A stretch of DNA of 64,000 bases. It comes from an uncultured bacterium. Its GTDB lineage: Bacteria; Acidobacteriota; HRBIN11; JAKEFK01. Position 1 is the first letter of the stretch; each line of letters begins with the position of its first letter. The stretch is taken from the NCBI GenBank assembly GCA_963777505.1, contig CAVZQN010000004.1, positions 1,792,001 through 1,856,000 of the forward strand. The letters run 5' to 3'. Both the position numbers and the translations under genes were made by a program. Shown here piece by piece: positions 53,014 to 63,883 of this stretch. Below the pieces are notes generated by a model. It did no database searches, had not been told where the DNA came from, and saw only the letters and a program-made list of their open reading frames with translations.

Positions 53014-53120
53014 TAGGAAGAATTTTGTGGCGGGTCTAAGACTCTCCTGCGTGAATTAAGTTTCAAATTTCGGGCGGGTCTAAGACCCGCCCCTACGAAA
53101 AAATGCCCTACTACCTTAGC

Positions 53121-54107
53121 TTACTGAACTAATGTAATGCTTTGAACAAGACTTCTTACTGTTGTGCTTCCAGACTTCGCGCTAACTCTCCAGAAAATTT
53201 TCCCTTCAGGCGAATTTCTCTGGATCGTTTTTAGTGCATTCAATCTGGCGCCAGGTCCCATAAATATGGCAAGCTTCGTGGCGTTATTAAACTTCTTAAA
53301 ACCTTGCGTAAACGCGGCGTTCCCTGCGAGTTCCAAGACAAAAGCTGTGAGTGAAAGCGTGTTATTTTGTTCCCAGCGAAAAGTGATTCCGGCTGCTGCC
53401 TGCGTTCCTGTTCCTACAAGAACTCTGTGTGAAGTATTGTTCAGTGGCGAAATAAGCTTTGGGGTAGTAAAAGTATTCTGCCTGGCTCCATAAAGAAATT
53501 TGCCAGCCTCTTTGTCATCTGGATCGAGAGTCTCTCCAATGTCACCCGCTTGCGCTGAAAAAAACATGGTCGCTGTTGGTACTGCTGAATGGCCAATTCC
53601 TACAGAATGCCCAAGTTCATGAACGGCAACAGGTAAGATTTTATAGACATTATTGTTTGGATTCGAGGGACCCATTGTCCATCTAAAATCTCTGTTATTG
53701 AAATGGATGTCTCCTTCAATTCTGGTGCCGGTATCGTTCGTAAAGAAAAATGCTTCACAGAATGCAAGTGTAGAAGATCCCGCTCCAAAATTTCCTTTGT
53801 CAAATATGATCGCGTTGATTAAATCTCCTCCATCAACTGTGCCTGTTGTTCCTGCGAATCGAAACTTCAGTGGTGATACAGGATTCCAGCGATTTAAGGC
53901 AAGTTTCAACTGGTTCCTCTCATTTGTTCCAGGAATGTCTGTAGTGCCAGCTGTGTGAATAAGATACCCGACTGGAAATTCTGAAGGAGACCATTCAAAG
54001 GTCGAATCAACTCCTCTGCCTTGTGCAGTAATCAGCTCAAAGCTGTACATATTTGAAGAAAATAAAAGTACGGCAAAAATTGCAAAAAATATTTTCGTTT
54101 TCATCAT
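53121..54107 (-). CDS. Matrixin (M10) family secreted metalloprotease
   Basis: HELGHSVGIGHS, Met-turn ATMF, L.PDD; signal peptide. Confidence 0.88.
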   Translation of the reverse strand: MMKTKIFFAIFAVLLFSSNMYSFELITAQGRGVDSTFEWSPSEFPVGYLIHTAGTTDIPGTNERNQLKLALNRWNPVSPLKFRFAGTTGTVDGGDLINAIIFDKGNFGAGSSTLAFCEAFFFTNDTGTRIEGDIHFNNRDFRWTMGPSNPNNNVYKILPVAVHELGHSVGIGHSAVPTATMFFSAQAGDIGETLDPDDKEAGKFLYGARQNTFTTPKLISPLNNTSHRVLVGTGTQAAAGITFRWEQNNTLSLTAFVLELAGNAAFTQGFKKFNNATKLAIFMGPGARLNALKTIQRNSPEGKIFWRVSAKSGSTTVRSLVQSITLVQ

Positions 54108-54119
54108 CGCCTCCGTGAC

Positions 54120-54686
54120 TTATTTGTGAACAAATTGACGGATCTGCTGCCTGAAATCATCTAAATATTTCTTCTGATCAGGCTGAAGATCGCGAATGTT
54201 TGTTTCACGGGGTTCAGATAAATATTTGCCATTCCCATCGGCCTTCCGGATGACTACTTTTTTCCCAGACTGTTCATCCCTGTAAATGGAATATTTGCCA
54301 AGGTACAAACCTACAGGAAATAGGCTTCCATCATTCCGTTTTTCTAAAAACAAAAGTACTTCCTCGTTACGATAAAAGTCCGCAGCGCCTGGAATGTGCA
54401 TTCCTAGCTTTGAACCGAGCCCACCTAAAGTTTTAAGTGTGAGTTCGCGCCCAACATTTTTACCTTTAATAGATTCGCTAATCTGGAGATGGATGTATGT
54501 GTATGGACGTTTATCCTTTGAATCAACTTCATAATGAGCGGAAAGAACTTTTCCAACAACTATAATTTCTGCTTTTTGTGCTAACTGCTCATCGGTTAAT
54601 TGGACAACTGTTAATGCATGTAATCCGGGCACAAGAAACATTGCTGTTATGCCCATCAAAATTTTTGCAAATGATTTTCTAACCAT
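54120..54686 (-). CDS. Secreted hypothetical protein upstream of the matrixin
   Basis: Signal peptide after a GGAGG RBS; 'L.DEQL...A..IV.GKV....YT...L...E..KG......GG....G...F...EEVLLFL' pattern. Confidence 0.7.
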   Translation of the reverse strand: MVRKSFAKILMGITAMFLVPGLHALTVVQLTDEQLAQKAEIIVVGKVLSAHYEVDSKDKRPYTYIHLQISESIKGKNVGRELTLKTLGGLGSKLGMHIPGAADFYRNEEVLLFLEKRNDGSLFPVGLYLGKYSIYRDEQSGKKVVIRKADGNGKYLSEPRETNIRDLQPDQKKYLDDFRQQIRQFVHK

Positions 54687-54846
54687 GCCAAAACCTCCTT
54701 CGCAATAGAGGGCTGCTCCCGCCTCCATCGTTGGTCTCAGTAGTATACTCCAAACCGGATTAATTTTGGGCGGGCTCTCTCAATACGTTTCAGCACCGAC
54801 GGAAAATTCTTACTTTCTTTTCTGAATTTTTGTTAAAATACACCGG

Positions 54847-57073
54847 ATGGCAGCTGCGTTACAAAAACCATACTACCCCTGTCGTATCTTCTTCATAGTA
54901 GCAATTCTTTTTCTTTTTACTTATGGGTGTGCCGGCAGGCAGGGCGGGGGAGGTATACGATCAGGGGGAACGCCTTCCGTACCAAGTACAAGTGTGCGTC
55001 CTCAACCGGGTCTGAAGGCGCCAGTGATCCGCGTTGGGCTTAAAACGGACGCAAAAACGGTTTCGATTACATCGGACAACATTGTTTACTTTTCTGATGG
55101 ATCCAGGGAAGGGGGGACTCCATCACGCGTCGTTGTAGGATTAAGTTTTTTATCCAGCATCAATACGAAACATTCAATTCAGGTTGAATCCTTTTCATCA
55201 AGTGATAAGGCGAAATCAGCCATGACTACATTGCGCGGACGTACGCGTCATCCCATTTACATTTTTTTCAATGCCGACCGGAATATGCATCAAGTTCGTG
55301 TTGGGCCTTTTCAATCTAAAGAACTTGCTCAACAAGCAGTAAATGAAATGAAATCGTTAGGATACTCAGGCGCGTTTTACGTATCCGAAGAATCAGGGAA
55401 TGGAAGGCGTCCCGAGCTTGTTCTGAGTGACGATACTGGCAATGCTTTGTTACGAACTCTGAACCCGGTGCGATTGTGGAATGAATCACTTGTTCTTGGC
55501 GTAGACAATGATCGTTATCGAGGCATCGTTACGGTTTCAGTAAACTCGCTGGGCCGGTTAACTGTAGTCAATCACTTGAACTTTGAGGATTATTTAAAAG
55601 GCGTTGTTCCAAATGAAATTGGCGGAGGAACGGCCGCAACTTTCGAGGCGATTAAAGCGCAAGCTGTTGCTGCAAGAACGTATGCATTCAAAAATCTTAA
55701 ACAATTCGAACAGGACGGCTATGACTTGTGTGCGACTCCAAGATGTCAGGTTTATTCAGCTCTGAACACTGAAAGTGCATCTGCAAATAGAGCGATTGAA
55801 GAAACGGCAGGCGAAGTTTTAACGTACGGTGGTGAAGCAATTAATGCTTTGTACACATCTACATGCGGCGGCCGAACCGAAAATGCCGAATTCATGTTTG
55901 AAGGTTGGGATTATCCCTACTTAAAAAGCGTTGAGTGTTACCCTGAAGAAAATAATCAAAATCAAAAAGCGGTGGAACTTTCGGGCATCAGTGAACCCTG
56001 GTGGCTTTCATGGCTCCGAATTAAGTTGAATCAAGAATTTACTGGCCAATGGAACGATCCTGTTCAGCAGTCTGAGATTCAATCCGCAACATCGGCGCTC
56101 TTAAAATATCTTGTCAAACGTCCTTGCTCGCAGAATCAACTCAAGGGAACTCATTGGGTTGCAGTCGGTGAACACCTTGTTGAACAACTTTGCTGGCAGA
56201 CGAAACGGGATTCATTATTGAATGAGAAGGATTACAGATATTTTCTGGAACATCTGAGTTTTTCAATTCAACCCGCTCCTGAAACTCATTCTTTCCTCTT
56301 CTTATTTCATGATCAAATCCTGGTTCCTGCTGAAAAGGATCTCCCACGATTCAATCCATATCAGAGTTTAACGAAATCAGACTTCTATCAGGCTTTGTTC
56401 AGGGTTTTGGATCATTACCATCAGATCAATACCGAAAAAGGAACCGTCAGAGAAATTACAAAATCAGAAATTCAAATCGTGGATGACATTGGAGTGCATC
56501 TTCAACCGCTCAACTCGAATTCTGCACTTTATCAAAAAATTGGTACTATCTTTGATACCGACGCAGAAGCTTGTTTGCTCTCCTGGAGATCAGATTGAGT
56601 ATGTACTCGATCATGATGTACTCAGGATTGTTGTTTGTGAACTGAACCAGGCTGGGGCTGCAGTGGATCGGAGTTCGAAGTACACGTTCTGGCGGGAATC
56701 TTTTACACCGGACGAATTAGCCGAAAAGGTAAGCAAGTACGCTGATGTCGGAGAAATCATTGATCTTGAACCGATTAGTTATGGCGTATCGCGCCGGGTC
56801 TATGAGTTAAGGATTACAGGAACTAAAGGTGCGGCAGTTATGAGAGGCTTGAAAGTGCGCTGGTCGTTGGGTGTGCGCGACAATCTCTTTGTGATTGATA
56901 AAACGTATGGTGAGGATGGAAAGATCCGCAATTTTATCTTTACAGGCCGCGGATGGGGTCACGGTGTTGGAATGTGTCAGGTCGGTGCAATTGGATATTC
57001 CAAGCGCGGCAAAGATTACCGTGCAATCTTAAAACACTATTACAGCGGTGTTGAGATTGTAAAAAAATATTAG
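54847..57073 (+). CDS. SpoIID/LytB lytic transglycosylase with SPOR domain, probable lipoprotein; frameshift near 56551
   Basis: Lipobox-like YGC, SPOR-like VRVGPF, EDYLKGVVPNE, KAQAVAARTYA, CQVY, GRGWGHGVGMCQ.GA, IL.HYY.G. Confidence 0.88.
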
Positions 57074-57177
57074 AAGTGATGTGTAGTAAGGCACGCAGCT
57101 GAGCGTAGCGAAGCAGTGCCGTCTTCAGAAAAATTCAGTGTTGCAATACAATTCACGTAGCAGTACCATCATCTAAC

Positions 57178-58288
57178 ATGATCGGCAAGCGTTTCAAAGG
57201 GGACCTGGCCTCAGTTGGATTGCCGGATGTGCTTGAGTTCCTGCGAGTTACCCGCCGTACCGGCGTTTTGAGTTTCAGAAGAGAACGCCTGAAGAAAGCA
57301 CTTCACATCAAAGATGGGAATGTTGTTTTTGCAACGAGCAATGTTCCGGAAGAGCGCCTTGGTGATTTATTGCTGCAATGGGGACGCATTTCCAAACATG
57401 CTTTTGATCGTTCTGTCTCAATGCTTGGTCCCAAAAAGCGACAGGGTAGAATTCTAGTCGAAATTGGGGCACTCACACCGAAACAGCTCTGGGAAGGCGT
57501 TCAGGATCAGATCCGGCATATCGTCTACAGTATCTTCAATTGGGAAAATGGTAATTTCTATTTTGCGGAAGGGGAACTGCCAAGCAAAGAAAATATAACG
57601 GCAGATGTAAGCATTTCCGAACTGATTGTTCATGGAATTCGCAAAATTCAGGAACCTTCGGTTCTTTACAGTAAATTCCCTTCACGCGAAGTTATTCTTG
57701 CCCGCATGGATTATGGCTTAAAGGAACGCGTGAAGCTTGAACCTTTTGAGCGGCATGTTTTGGAATTAATTGACGGACAAAAAACAATTGAAGAAATTTG
57801 CCGCGAAAGTGAAATTGGAGACAGTGAAACCTTCAAAGTGATGTACATGCTTTTAAGCATTGGTTACATCAAGGTTAAGGGGAAAAAATCTGAAGTTGAA
57901 GACGATGTCTCTGCAAGCTGGGATATCTCATGATGAAGTTAAAGAGATCATTAATAACTACAACAAGATGTATTCATTTCTTTACCGGTATATGATGCGA
58001 GAAGTAGGGCCAATCGCAGAACATGTACTCAGTAAATATCTCAACGATTTGCGCGAAAACAACTCGGCCGTCTTTAAGAATGTTTCTTTAAAAAAAGATG
58101 GAACTTTGGATGGATCTACAATTTCAGGGAATTTGAACTGGCTTCGCTCTGAAATCAAAAGAGAATCTCTTGTGAATTCGCTCAATGAGTTTTTATATTC
58201 CGCAATTCTGGCAGTGAAAAGAACGCTTGGGCCTGATCACGAAAGACAGGTTATTGAAACTTTAAAGGACGTAAGGCCGGAAGTATGA
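57178..58288 (+). CDS. DUF4388 (PatA-N-like) domain protein; frameshift near 57916
   Basis: FKGDL....LPDVL.FL...RRTG.L, G.VV.A.S, RLG.LL, IFNW..G.F.F; the two ORFs join after removing one base. Confidence 0.82.
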
Positions 58289-58368
58289 CGAGCGCTCAAA
58301 AACAGCAAATGTGGGGGTTCTTTTTAACAGGTGTCCTTTTGCTTCTCGCGCTCTGGCTCCGTTTTTGA
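58285..58368 (+). CDS. 27-aa small membrane protein, absent from the ORF track
   Basis: MTSAQKQQMWGFFLTGVLLLLALWLRF; the start overlaps the DUF4388 stop (ATGA); one TM helix. Confidence 0.45.
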   Translation: MTSAQKQQMWGFFLTGVLLLLALWLRF

Positions 58369-58399
58369 TCCATAACGCGGGGGCAAGGAGAGTTGAAAC

Positions 58400-58729
58400 A
58401 TGTTCACAAAAATAATGATCACGCTTGGAATCATGGGAATGGCTGCTGCTTTAGTTTATTTCATGATTGCTGATAAAACTGAGGGCCAACAAGTACAGGT
58501 TGTCGAAAATACAAAATTGTATTTTGTTGTTGCTGCTGCTTTGGTTCCCGCCGGATATATCTTGCGATATGTTGGGAAATTTCTAGGGCTAGGCACTAGC
58601 CGCTGCAGGAAATGCGGAAAGCGAATTGAAAAACAGGAAATGTTCTGTTTCGATCACAGTTTTGAATTAGTTCAAAATGCAAGAGAGCGAACTCGTCATT
58701 TAGACACTCGTCAGAAACCAAGAAGTTAA
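58400..58729 (+). CDS. Hypothetical 2-TM protein with a C-terminal CxxC...C..H motif
   Basis: AAGGAG RBS; two TMs; CRKCG...FCFDH. Confidence 0.65.
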   Translation: MFTKIMITLGIMGMAAALVYFMIADKTEGQQVQVVENTKLYFVVAAALVPAGYILRYVGKFLGLGTSRCRKCGKRIEKQEMFCFDHSFELVQNARERTRHLDTRQKPRS

Positions 58730-58734
58730 CACCA

Positions 58735-59634
58735 TTGAGTTTTCCCGTCATTGTAATTGGCGGTCCTACCGGTAGCGGGAAGAATAGGGCCGCAATCGAA
58801 ATTGCAAAAAAATATCCTGTAGAGATCATCAATGCAGATTCACGTCAGATTTATAAAGATCTGATCCTTGGCACAAATCAGCCGGCACCTGAAGAAAAGC
58901 AATTTGTTCCACATCATTTGTTTGCATTCCTGCCTCCGGAGCAATCTTTCACAGTTGCAGATTACGAACGTCTGGCCTTTCCCTTAACAAATGAAATTCA
59001 AACTCGCGGAAAGATTCCCATTGTTGTTGGGGGAACTGGTTTTTACATTAAAGCTCTTTTAAGAGGAATCTGGACCGTTCCTGAAAAAAGTCCTGAGATG
59101 CGCAATCGGCTTCGGAGAATTGAAGAGAAACAAGGTAAAGAATATCTTCATCACATCTTAACCCGGGTTGATCCGGAATCGGCGCACAAAATTTCTGCGC
59201 AGGATTCCTACCGAGTTTCACGCGCTCTCGAAATCTACTTTCAAACGGGCAGCAAAATATCAACTCTGCCTAAGCCCCAACAAAGATTTGAAGCTGCAAA
59301 GTTATTTCTAGATTTGCCGGCGGCTGAATTACGGGAAAGGATTGAAATCCGAACAAGGATGTTGATTGAAGGTGGTTGGTTTGATGAAGTGGAGAAGCTA
59401 CTTAAACAGTATCCCGGTTTTGAAAGCATGCCGGCTGCGGCATCATTGGGTTATATCGAGATTATTCAGTATCTTAGACATCAGTTGACCCGCGAAGAAT
59501 GTGAAAAACAAATCCTTCAAAAGACATGGCAATATGCTCGAAGGCAAAGAACGTGGTTTCGGAATCAAGACCAGTTTACGTCGGTGGCCTCATCTTCAGA
59601 GTTGCAAAAAATCGTCGATTCTGTATTACAATGA
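58735..59634 (+). CDS. miaA: tRNA dimethylallyltransferase
   Basis: GPTGSGK, EIINADSRQIY, PHHL, VGGTGFY, RALEI, YARRQRTWF. Confidence 0.95.
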   Translation: MSFPVIVIGGPTGSGKNRAAIEIAKKYPVEIINADSRQIYKDLILGTNQPAPEEKQFVPHHLFAFLPPEQSFTVADYERLAFPLTNEIQTRGKIPIVVGGTGFYIKALLRGIWTVPEKSPEMRNRLRRIEEKQGKEYLHHILTRVDPESAHKISAQDSYRVSRALEIYFQTGSKISTLPKPQQRFEAAKLFLDLPAAELRERIEIRTRMLIEGGWFDEVEKLLKQYPGFESMPAAASLGYIEIIQYLRHQLTREECEKQILQKTWQYARRQRTWFRNQDQFTSVASSSELQKIVDSVLQ

Positions 59635-59709
59635 TACGGGTCCATTTTTTACGAGGCCCATAACTATAACTAAAGACTAAATATAGGGGTCTCCCTGGAG
59701 GCGGTTCAC

Positions 59710-59964
59710 ATGGAAAAGGCATCTAACGGTGCACAAAATATACAAGATGAATTTCTGCACACGCTGAAGAAGGAACGTCAAATTACGACGATTTATTTGA
59801 TGAATGGCTATAAGCTGTCAGGAAAGATTAAAGGGTTCGATAAATTTACAGTAGTTTTAGATAGTAATGGCCAGGAAATCATGGTCTTCAAGCATGCCAT
59901 TTCCACAATCGGTATCGGCATCTCATCGGCGCGAAAAGATCCCAGGGAAGGCCCAAGAGAATAG
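59710..59964 (+). CDS. hfq: RNA chaperone Hfq
   Basis: NIQDEFL..L.KE....IYL.NG.KL.G.I..FD.F.V.L.....MVFKHAISTI; directly downstream of miaA. Confidence 0.95.
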   Translation: MEKASNGAQNIQDEFLHTLKKERQITTIYLMNGYKLSGKIKGFDKFTVVLDSNGQEIMVFKHAISTIGIGISSARKDPREGPRE

Positions 59965-59979
59965 TGAGACTCAAAGTTT

Positions 59980-60876
59980 TTATAGCTTAAGAGTCTTGAG
60001 CTGATCTAACAGAATTTCAGTAGTTGAAGGTCCTTTCAGAATTGAAGAGGCTTTCGCAATTTGAGTAACGGCTTCCTGAATCGCACCCATCCCGCCGCCT
60101 CGTTCAATATCGGCTTTTGCCTTTTGATATTGTTTATCAACTACAGCTTCCCCCTGTTTTCCTAAAGTCGAATTACAAATCGATCTAATTTTCTCAAGCA
60201 GCATCAACAAATTCTCTTTGTTCGGACCTGGCTCTGTGGTTGGAGGACTACCGGATGCAGCAGCAGAATTAGCTGCTGCTCGAAGTGCTGCAGATTGTGC
60301 CGGAGAGGGCAGCGGTGTTGGGTCAGGCGTTGTCATCGGCATTTTTAATGCAACCAGGCCGTGAGTCACAAGACCATACAAAACTTTACTGACATCAAAT
60401 ACTGGCAAATTACAGTTCTTTGAAATTGTGCGAATGTCTTGCTTCCCATTTATTTTTGAAAGGATCAGCCATTCACTTGTTGTCAATTGAATCTGACCGC
60501 GGTCCTGGTTTTGATCAACAACAAATTCAGGAATTAAATCCAGTGATGGAATTTTCTTGGAAAGCACACGCCATTCATCGAGGCGCCTTGCTGCCTCCAT
60601 CAGTAAGTTTGTGTTGCTCTTACTGATTGTTCGTACGCTTGGTTCGACGTCAGGCTCAAAATTGAACTCACCTTCACTCCAGATAGCGAGTTCATAGACG
60701 GCCTCTTCTCCTTTAATTTCATCGACTTCGGCATGAACGATGTTTCCATCTTTCAAGTAAATTTGACCCACATGGTCGTCTTTCTTTAAGTGGAACATCC
60801 CCGTTTTGCCGGAGACGCTAATTAATTGGATTACGTCGGCTAGATGAAGGTGTTTTAGCGATCCCTGCAGAGACAT
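59980..60876 (-). CDS. DUF4388 (PatA-N-like) domain protein
   Basis: LQGSL....LADVIQL...SGKTG, G.IVHA, G.EA.Y....W..G.F.F, LLMEAARRLDEW. Confidence 0.85.
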   Translation of the reverse strand: MSLQGSLKHLHLADVIQLISVSGKTGMFHLKKDDHVGQIYLKDGNIVHAEVDEIKGEEAVYELAIWSEGEFNFEPDVEPSVRTISKSNTNLLMEAARRLDEWRVLSKKIPSLDLIPEFVVDQNQDRGQIQLTTSEWLILSKINGKQDIRTISKNCNLPVFDVSKVLYGLVTHGLVALKMPMTTPDPTPLPSPAQSAALRAAANSAAASGSPPTTEPGPNKENLLMLLEKIRSICNSTLGKQGEAVVDKQYQKAKADIERGGGMGAIQEAVTQIAKASSILKGPSTTEILLDQLKTLKL

Positions 60877-60931
60877 GTATGTTTAAGAACGAAGAGACCC
60901 CTTCTCAATTGCAGTTCCGAAATCAAAGGCG

Positions 60932-60961
60932 AGTCTAACATACTGAGAAAATCATTGTCAA
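60932..60961 (-). promoter_or_regulatory. Candidate sigma-70 promoter of the minus-strand DUF4388 gene
   Basis: The minus strand reads TTGACA-N18-TAGACT with a TG extension. Confidence 0.45.
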
Positions 60962-61148
60962 GAATAACTTAGAAGCAATCAGGGGTGTCGAAATTGTGTC
61001 TGTTTGAGTAACGAAAAAAGTTATAATATCGGATTAAAACTAGCTAGGTTTGTCGAATCCATTATTCCATCAATCCATTAATCCGTTTTAGAAGCATGAT
61101 AATTGGTTGGCGAATTATTGGATAGTTCGACACGGAAAAGGGTGTTTC

Positions 61149-62294
61149 ATGATAAAAAAACGACTTTTTACTCCGGGACCGGTAAGCGCATATCCGCCCG
61201 CGCTTCAAGCGGCTTTAGATGCAAATATCCATCACAGAACTCCTGAGTTTAAAGAAATTCTCACATCGGTCATGGAGAGTTTGCGGCGCATTTTTGGAGA
61301 GCCTTCAGAAGTTTTCATTTTTCCTTCGTCTGGATCAGGAGCAATGGAGGCGGCAGTTACAAATTTCTTTTCACCTGGTGATGAGGTCTTAATCGCTACT
61401 TGCGGTAAGTTTGGTGAACGCTGGGTTGAGTTGGCCAGTCGTTTTTCGCTTAAAGCAACAATTCTAAAGTATCCGTATGGTGAAGCAGTTCAGCCTGAAG
61501 AAGTTCGATCGGCGTTACAAAAAAATTCAAATATTCGTGGAGTTTTTGTACAAGCATGTGAGAGTTCAACCGCCGTGCAGAATGACATGTCCGAGCTTGC
61601 TCGAATTGTGCGAGAAACTGACAGCATTTTAGTCGCTGATGCTGTAACAGGTATTGGAACGATGCCGATCACCGTACAAGAAGGCATTGACGTTATGGTG
61701 ACCGGTTCGCAGAAGGCACTGATGATTCCGCCAGGTTTGGCAATTATAGGTGTGAGTGATAAAGCATGGAAGCGCGTAGAAAGTGCATCGATACCAAGAT
61801 TTTATTTCGATTTGCGAGCTGCAAAAAAAGCGTGGGATCAAAATGCGCAGACCGCTTTTACGCCTGCGACATCTTTGATCATTTCATTGCGTGAGTCTCT
61901 GAAAGTAATTGAACAATGGGGACTGGAAAATTTAGTCCGTACCACTGAAAATCGTGCTCGCGCCACACGTGCCGGCCTTTCTGCAATGGGGCTGTCAGTG
62001 TTTGCAAAGCGTCCAGCAAATGCAATGACTGGTGTTGTTGCGCCCGATGGTAATGCCGAAAAAATCACCTCACTTATGAAACAAAAATTCGGCCTGCAAT
62101 TAGCAGGCGGCCAGGGAGATCTGAAAGGCAAAATTTTTCGGATCAGCCATATGGGTTATATCGATCATTTCGATACGATGGGTGTGTTGAGCGCTTTGGA
62201 ATTCACATTGATGGAACTCGGCCACTCTATCGATCTCGGAAGGTCTTTGGTTGAATTTCAAAAGATTTATGCGGAGTTGAATACACCAAAATGA
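61149..62294 (+). CDS. Class V PLP-dependent aminotransferase (alanine-glyoxylate/serine-pyruvate type; may act as SerC)
   Basis: LFTPGP, HHR..EF, SGSGAMEA, GKFGERW, DAV, GSQKALM.PPG, FRISHMG; coupled to serA. Confidence 0.9.
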   Translation: MIKKRLFTPGPVSAYPPALQAALDANIHHRTPEFKEILTSVMESLRRIFGEPSEVFIFPSSGSGAMEAAVTNFFSPGDEVLIATCGKFGERWVELASRFSLKATILKYPYGEAVQPEEVRSALQKNSNIRGVFVQACESSTAVQNDMSELARIVRETDSILVADAVTGIGTMPITVQEGIDVMVTGSQKALMIPPGLAIIGVSDKAWKRVESASIPRFYFDLRAAKKAWDQNAQTAFTPATSLIISLRESLKVIEQWGLENLVRTTENRARATRAGLSAMGLSVFAKRPANAMTGVVAPDGNAEKITSLMKQKFGLQLAGGQGDLKGKIFRISHMGYIDHFDTMGVLSALEFTLMELGHSIDLGRSLVEFQKIYAELNTPK

Positions 62295-63883
62295 AAAAGA
62301 TTCTTGTGGCCGATGGACTCTCTGTTGCAGGCCTCGAAGTACTGCAATCCGAACCCTGGACTGTTGATGTTCATTCCAAAATGACTCCCGATGAACTCAA
62401 GGCTGCGATCGAATTCGCTGACGCACTCATTGTGCGGAGTGCGAGCAAAGTAACTGCTGATGTCTTACAAAATGCTGTCAACTTAAAAATCATCGGAAGA
62501 GCCGGTACCGGTGTTGACAATATTGACCTTACAGAAGCAACCAGACGCGGAGTTCTTGTTACGAATGCGCCGGAAGCAAACACAATTTCTGTTGCAGATC
62601 ACACAATCGCGATGCTTCTCGCTCTTTGCCGTCATCTTCCCTTTGCACATAACGATTTAAAACAGGGCAAATGGGAAAAGAAAAAGTATGAAGGAATTGA
62701 ACTTGAAGATAAGATCGTCGGAATTTTAGGGTTAGGACGCATCGGAAAGGCTGTAGTGAAGCGATTACACGCATTTGATACTCGCATCCTTGTTTATGAT
62801 CCGTATGTTTCCGAAAAAATGGCAAAGGAGCTGGATGTTGAACTTTTGCCGCTTGAGGATGTACTTGCAACAGCAGATTTTGTGAGTCTTCATATGCCAC
62901 TGTTGCCTGAAACTCATGGTTTTTTAAATCAGGAACGATTTTCAAAAATGAAGCCGGGAATTCAGATTATCAATTGCGCAAGAGGTGAATTGATTGATGA
63001 ACCATCCCTTTATCAAGCGCTTGAAAAGGGAATTGTTGCAGGAGCAGCACTTGATGTTTTTAGTGAAGAACCTCCGCGCAGTGAAGTGTTGCAAAAGATC
63101 ATTCAACATCCGCGCGTTATTCTGACTCCTCATCTTGCGGCTTCTACTCTGGAAGCCCAGGAAAAAGTTGGATATCAAATGGCTGTACAAATCCGCGATT
63201 ACTTAAAGGAAGGCACTGTACGGAATCCTGTAAATTTTTACAGCATGACACGTGATGAGTTTGCCAGAAACGAACCTTATTTAAATCTCGCGGAAAAATT
63301 AGGATCCTTTGTTGCCCAAATTGCAGGCGGTGGATATGAGCGGATCAGAATAGAATTCCGTGGCTCTGTTGCGCACTTATCAAAGGAAGCCATCATTCAT
63401 TCGGTTCTAAAGGGGATCCTTCAGCATATTTCGGAAAAGGTGAACATTGTGAATTCACAAAGTCTGGCGCGCGAACGCGGAATTCAAGTCATATCAACTG
63501 TCAGCGAACAAGATCCGACATTTTCAAGTTTGCTCGCAGTCTCATTGGAGACCGGTCGTTCACACCATCAAGTTAGCGGGACCGTATTTGAAAAGAATCT
63601 GATCCGTTTGCTGGCAGTTGATGATGTCTATCTTGATTTTCGGCCGCAAGGGAATCTTTTGTTTTTCAAAAACCAGGATACTCCCGGAGTTGTTGGCAAA
63701 ATTGGAACACTTTTAGGATCCAGTGGAATCAACATTGCTTCGATGAAACTTGGGCGAATTCAAGAAACTCCTTTTGCGTATGGCATCGTGAGTGTAGATG
63801 GCGATTTCCCCGAAAGCGTGTTGAAATCGCTCAAAAGCATTCCAGAAATTGTCGATGCCCACGCTCTGCGTCTCGGCGGTTAA
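62291..63883 (+). CDS. serA: D-3-phosphoglycerate dehydrogenase
   Basis: IGRAGTGVDNID, GLGRIG, INCARG, LDVF..EP, TPHLAAST.EAQ; C-terminal ACT domain D.PG.VG.IG..LG..INIA.M. Confidence 0.95.
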   Translation: MKKILVADGLSVAGLEVLQSEPWTVDVHSKMTPDELKAAIEFADALIVRSASKVTADVLQNAVNLKIIGRAGTGVDNIDLTEATRRGVLVTNAPEANTISVADHTIAMLLALCRHLPFAHNDLKQGKWEKKKYEGIELEDKIVGILGLGRIGKAVVKRLHAFDTRILVYDPYVSEKMAKELDVELLPLEDVLATADFVSLHMPLLPETHGFLNQERFSKMKPGIQIINCARGELIDEPSLYQALEKGIVAGAALDVFSEEPPRSEVLQKIIQHPRVILTPHLAASTLEAQEKVGYQMAVQIRDYLKEGTVRNPVNFYSMTRDEFARNEPYLNLAEKLGSFVAQIAGGGYERIRIEFRGSVAHLSKEAIIHSVLKGILQHISEKVNIVNSQSLARERGIQVISTVSEQDPTFSSLLAVSLETGRSHHQVSGTVFEKNLIRLLAVDDVYLDFRPQGNLLFFKNQDTPGVVGKIGTLLGSSGINIASMKLGRIQETPFAYGIVSVDGDFPESVLKSLKSIPEIVDAHALRLGG

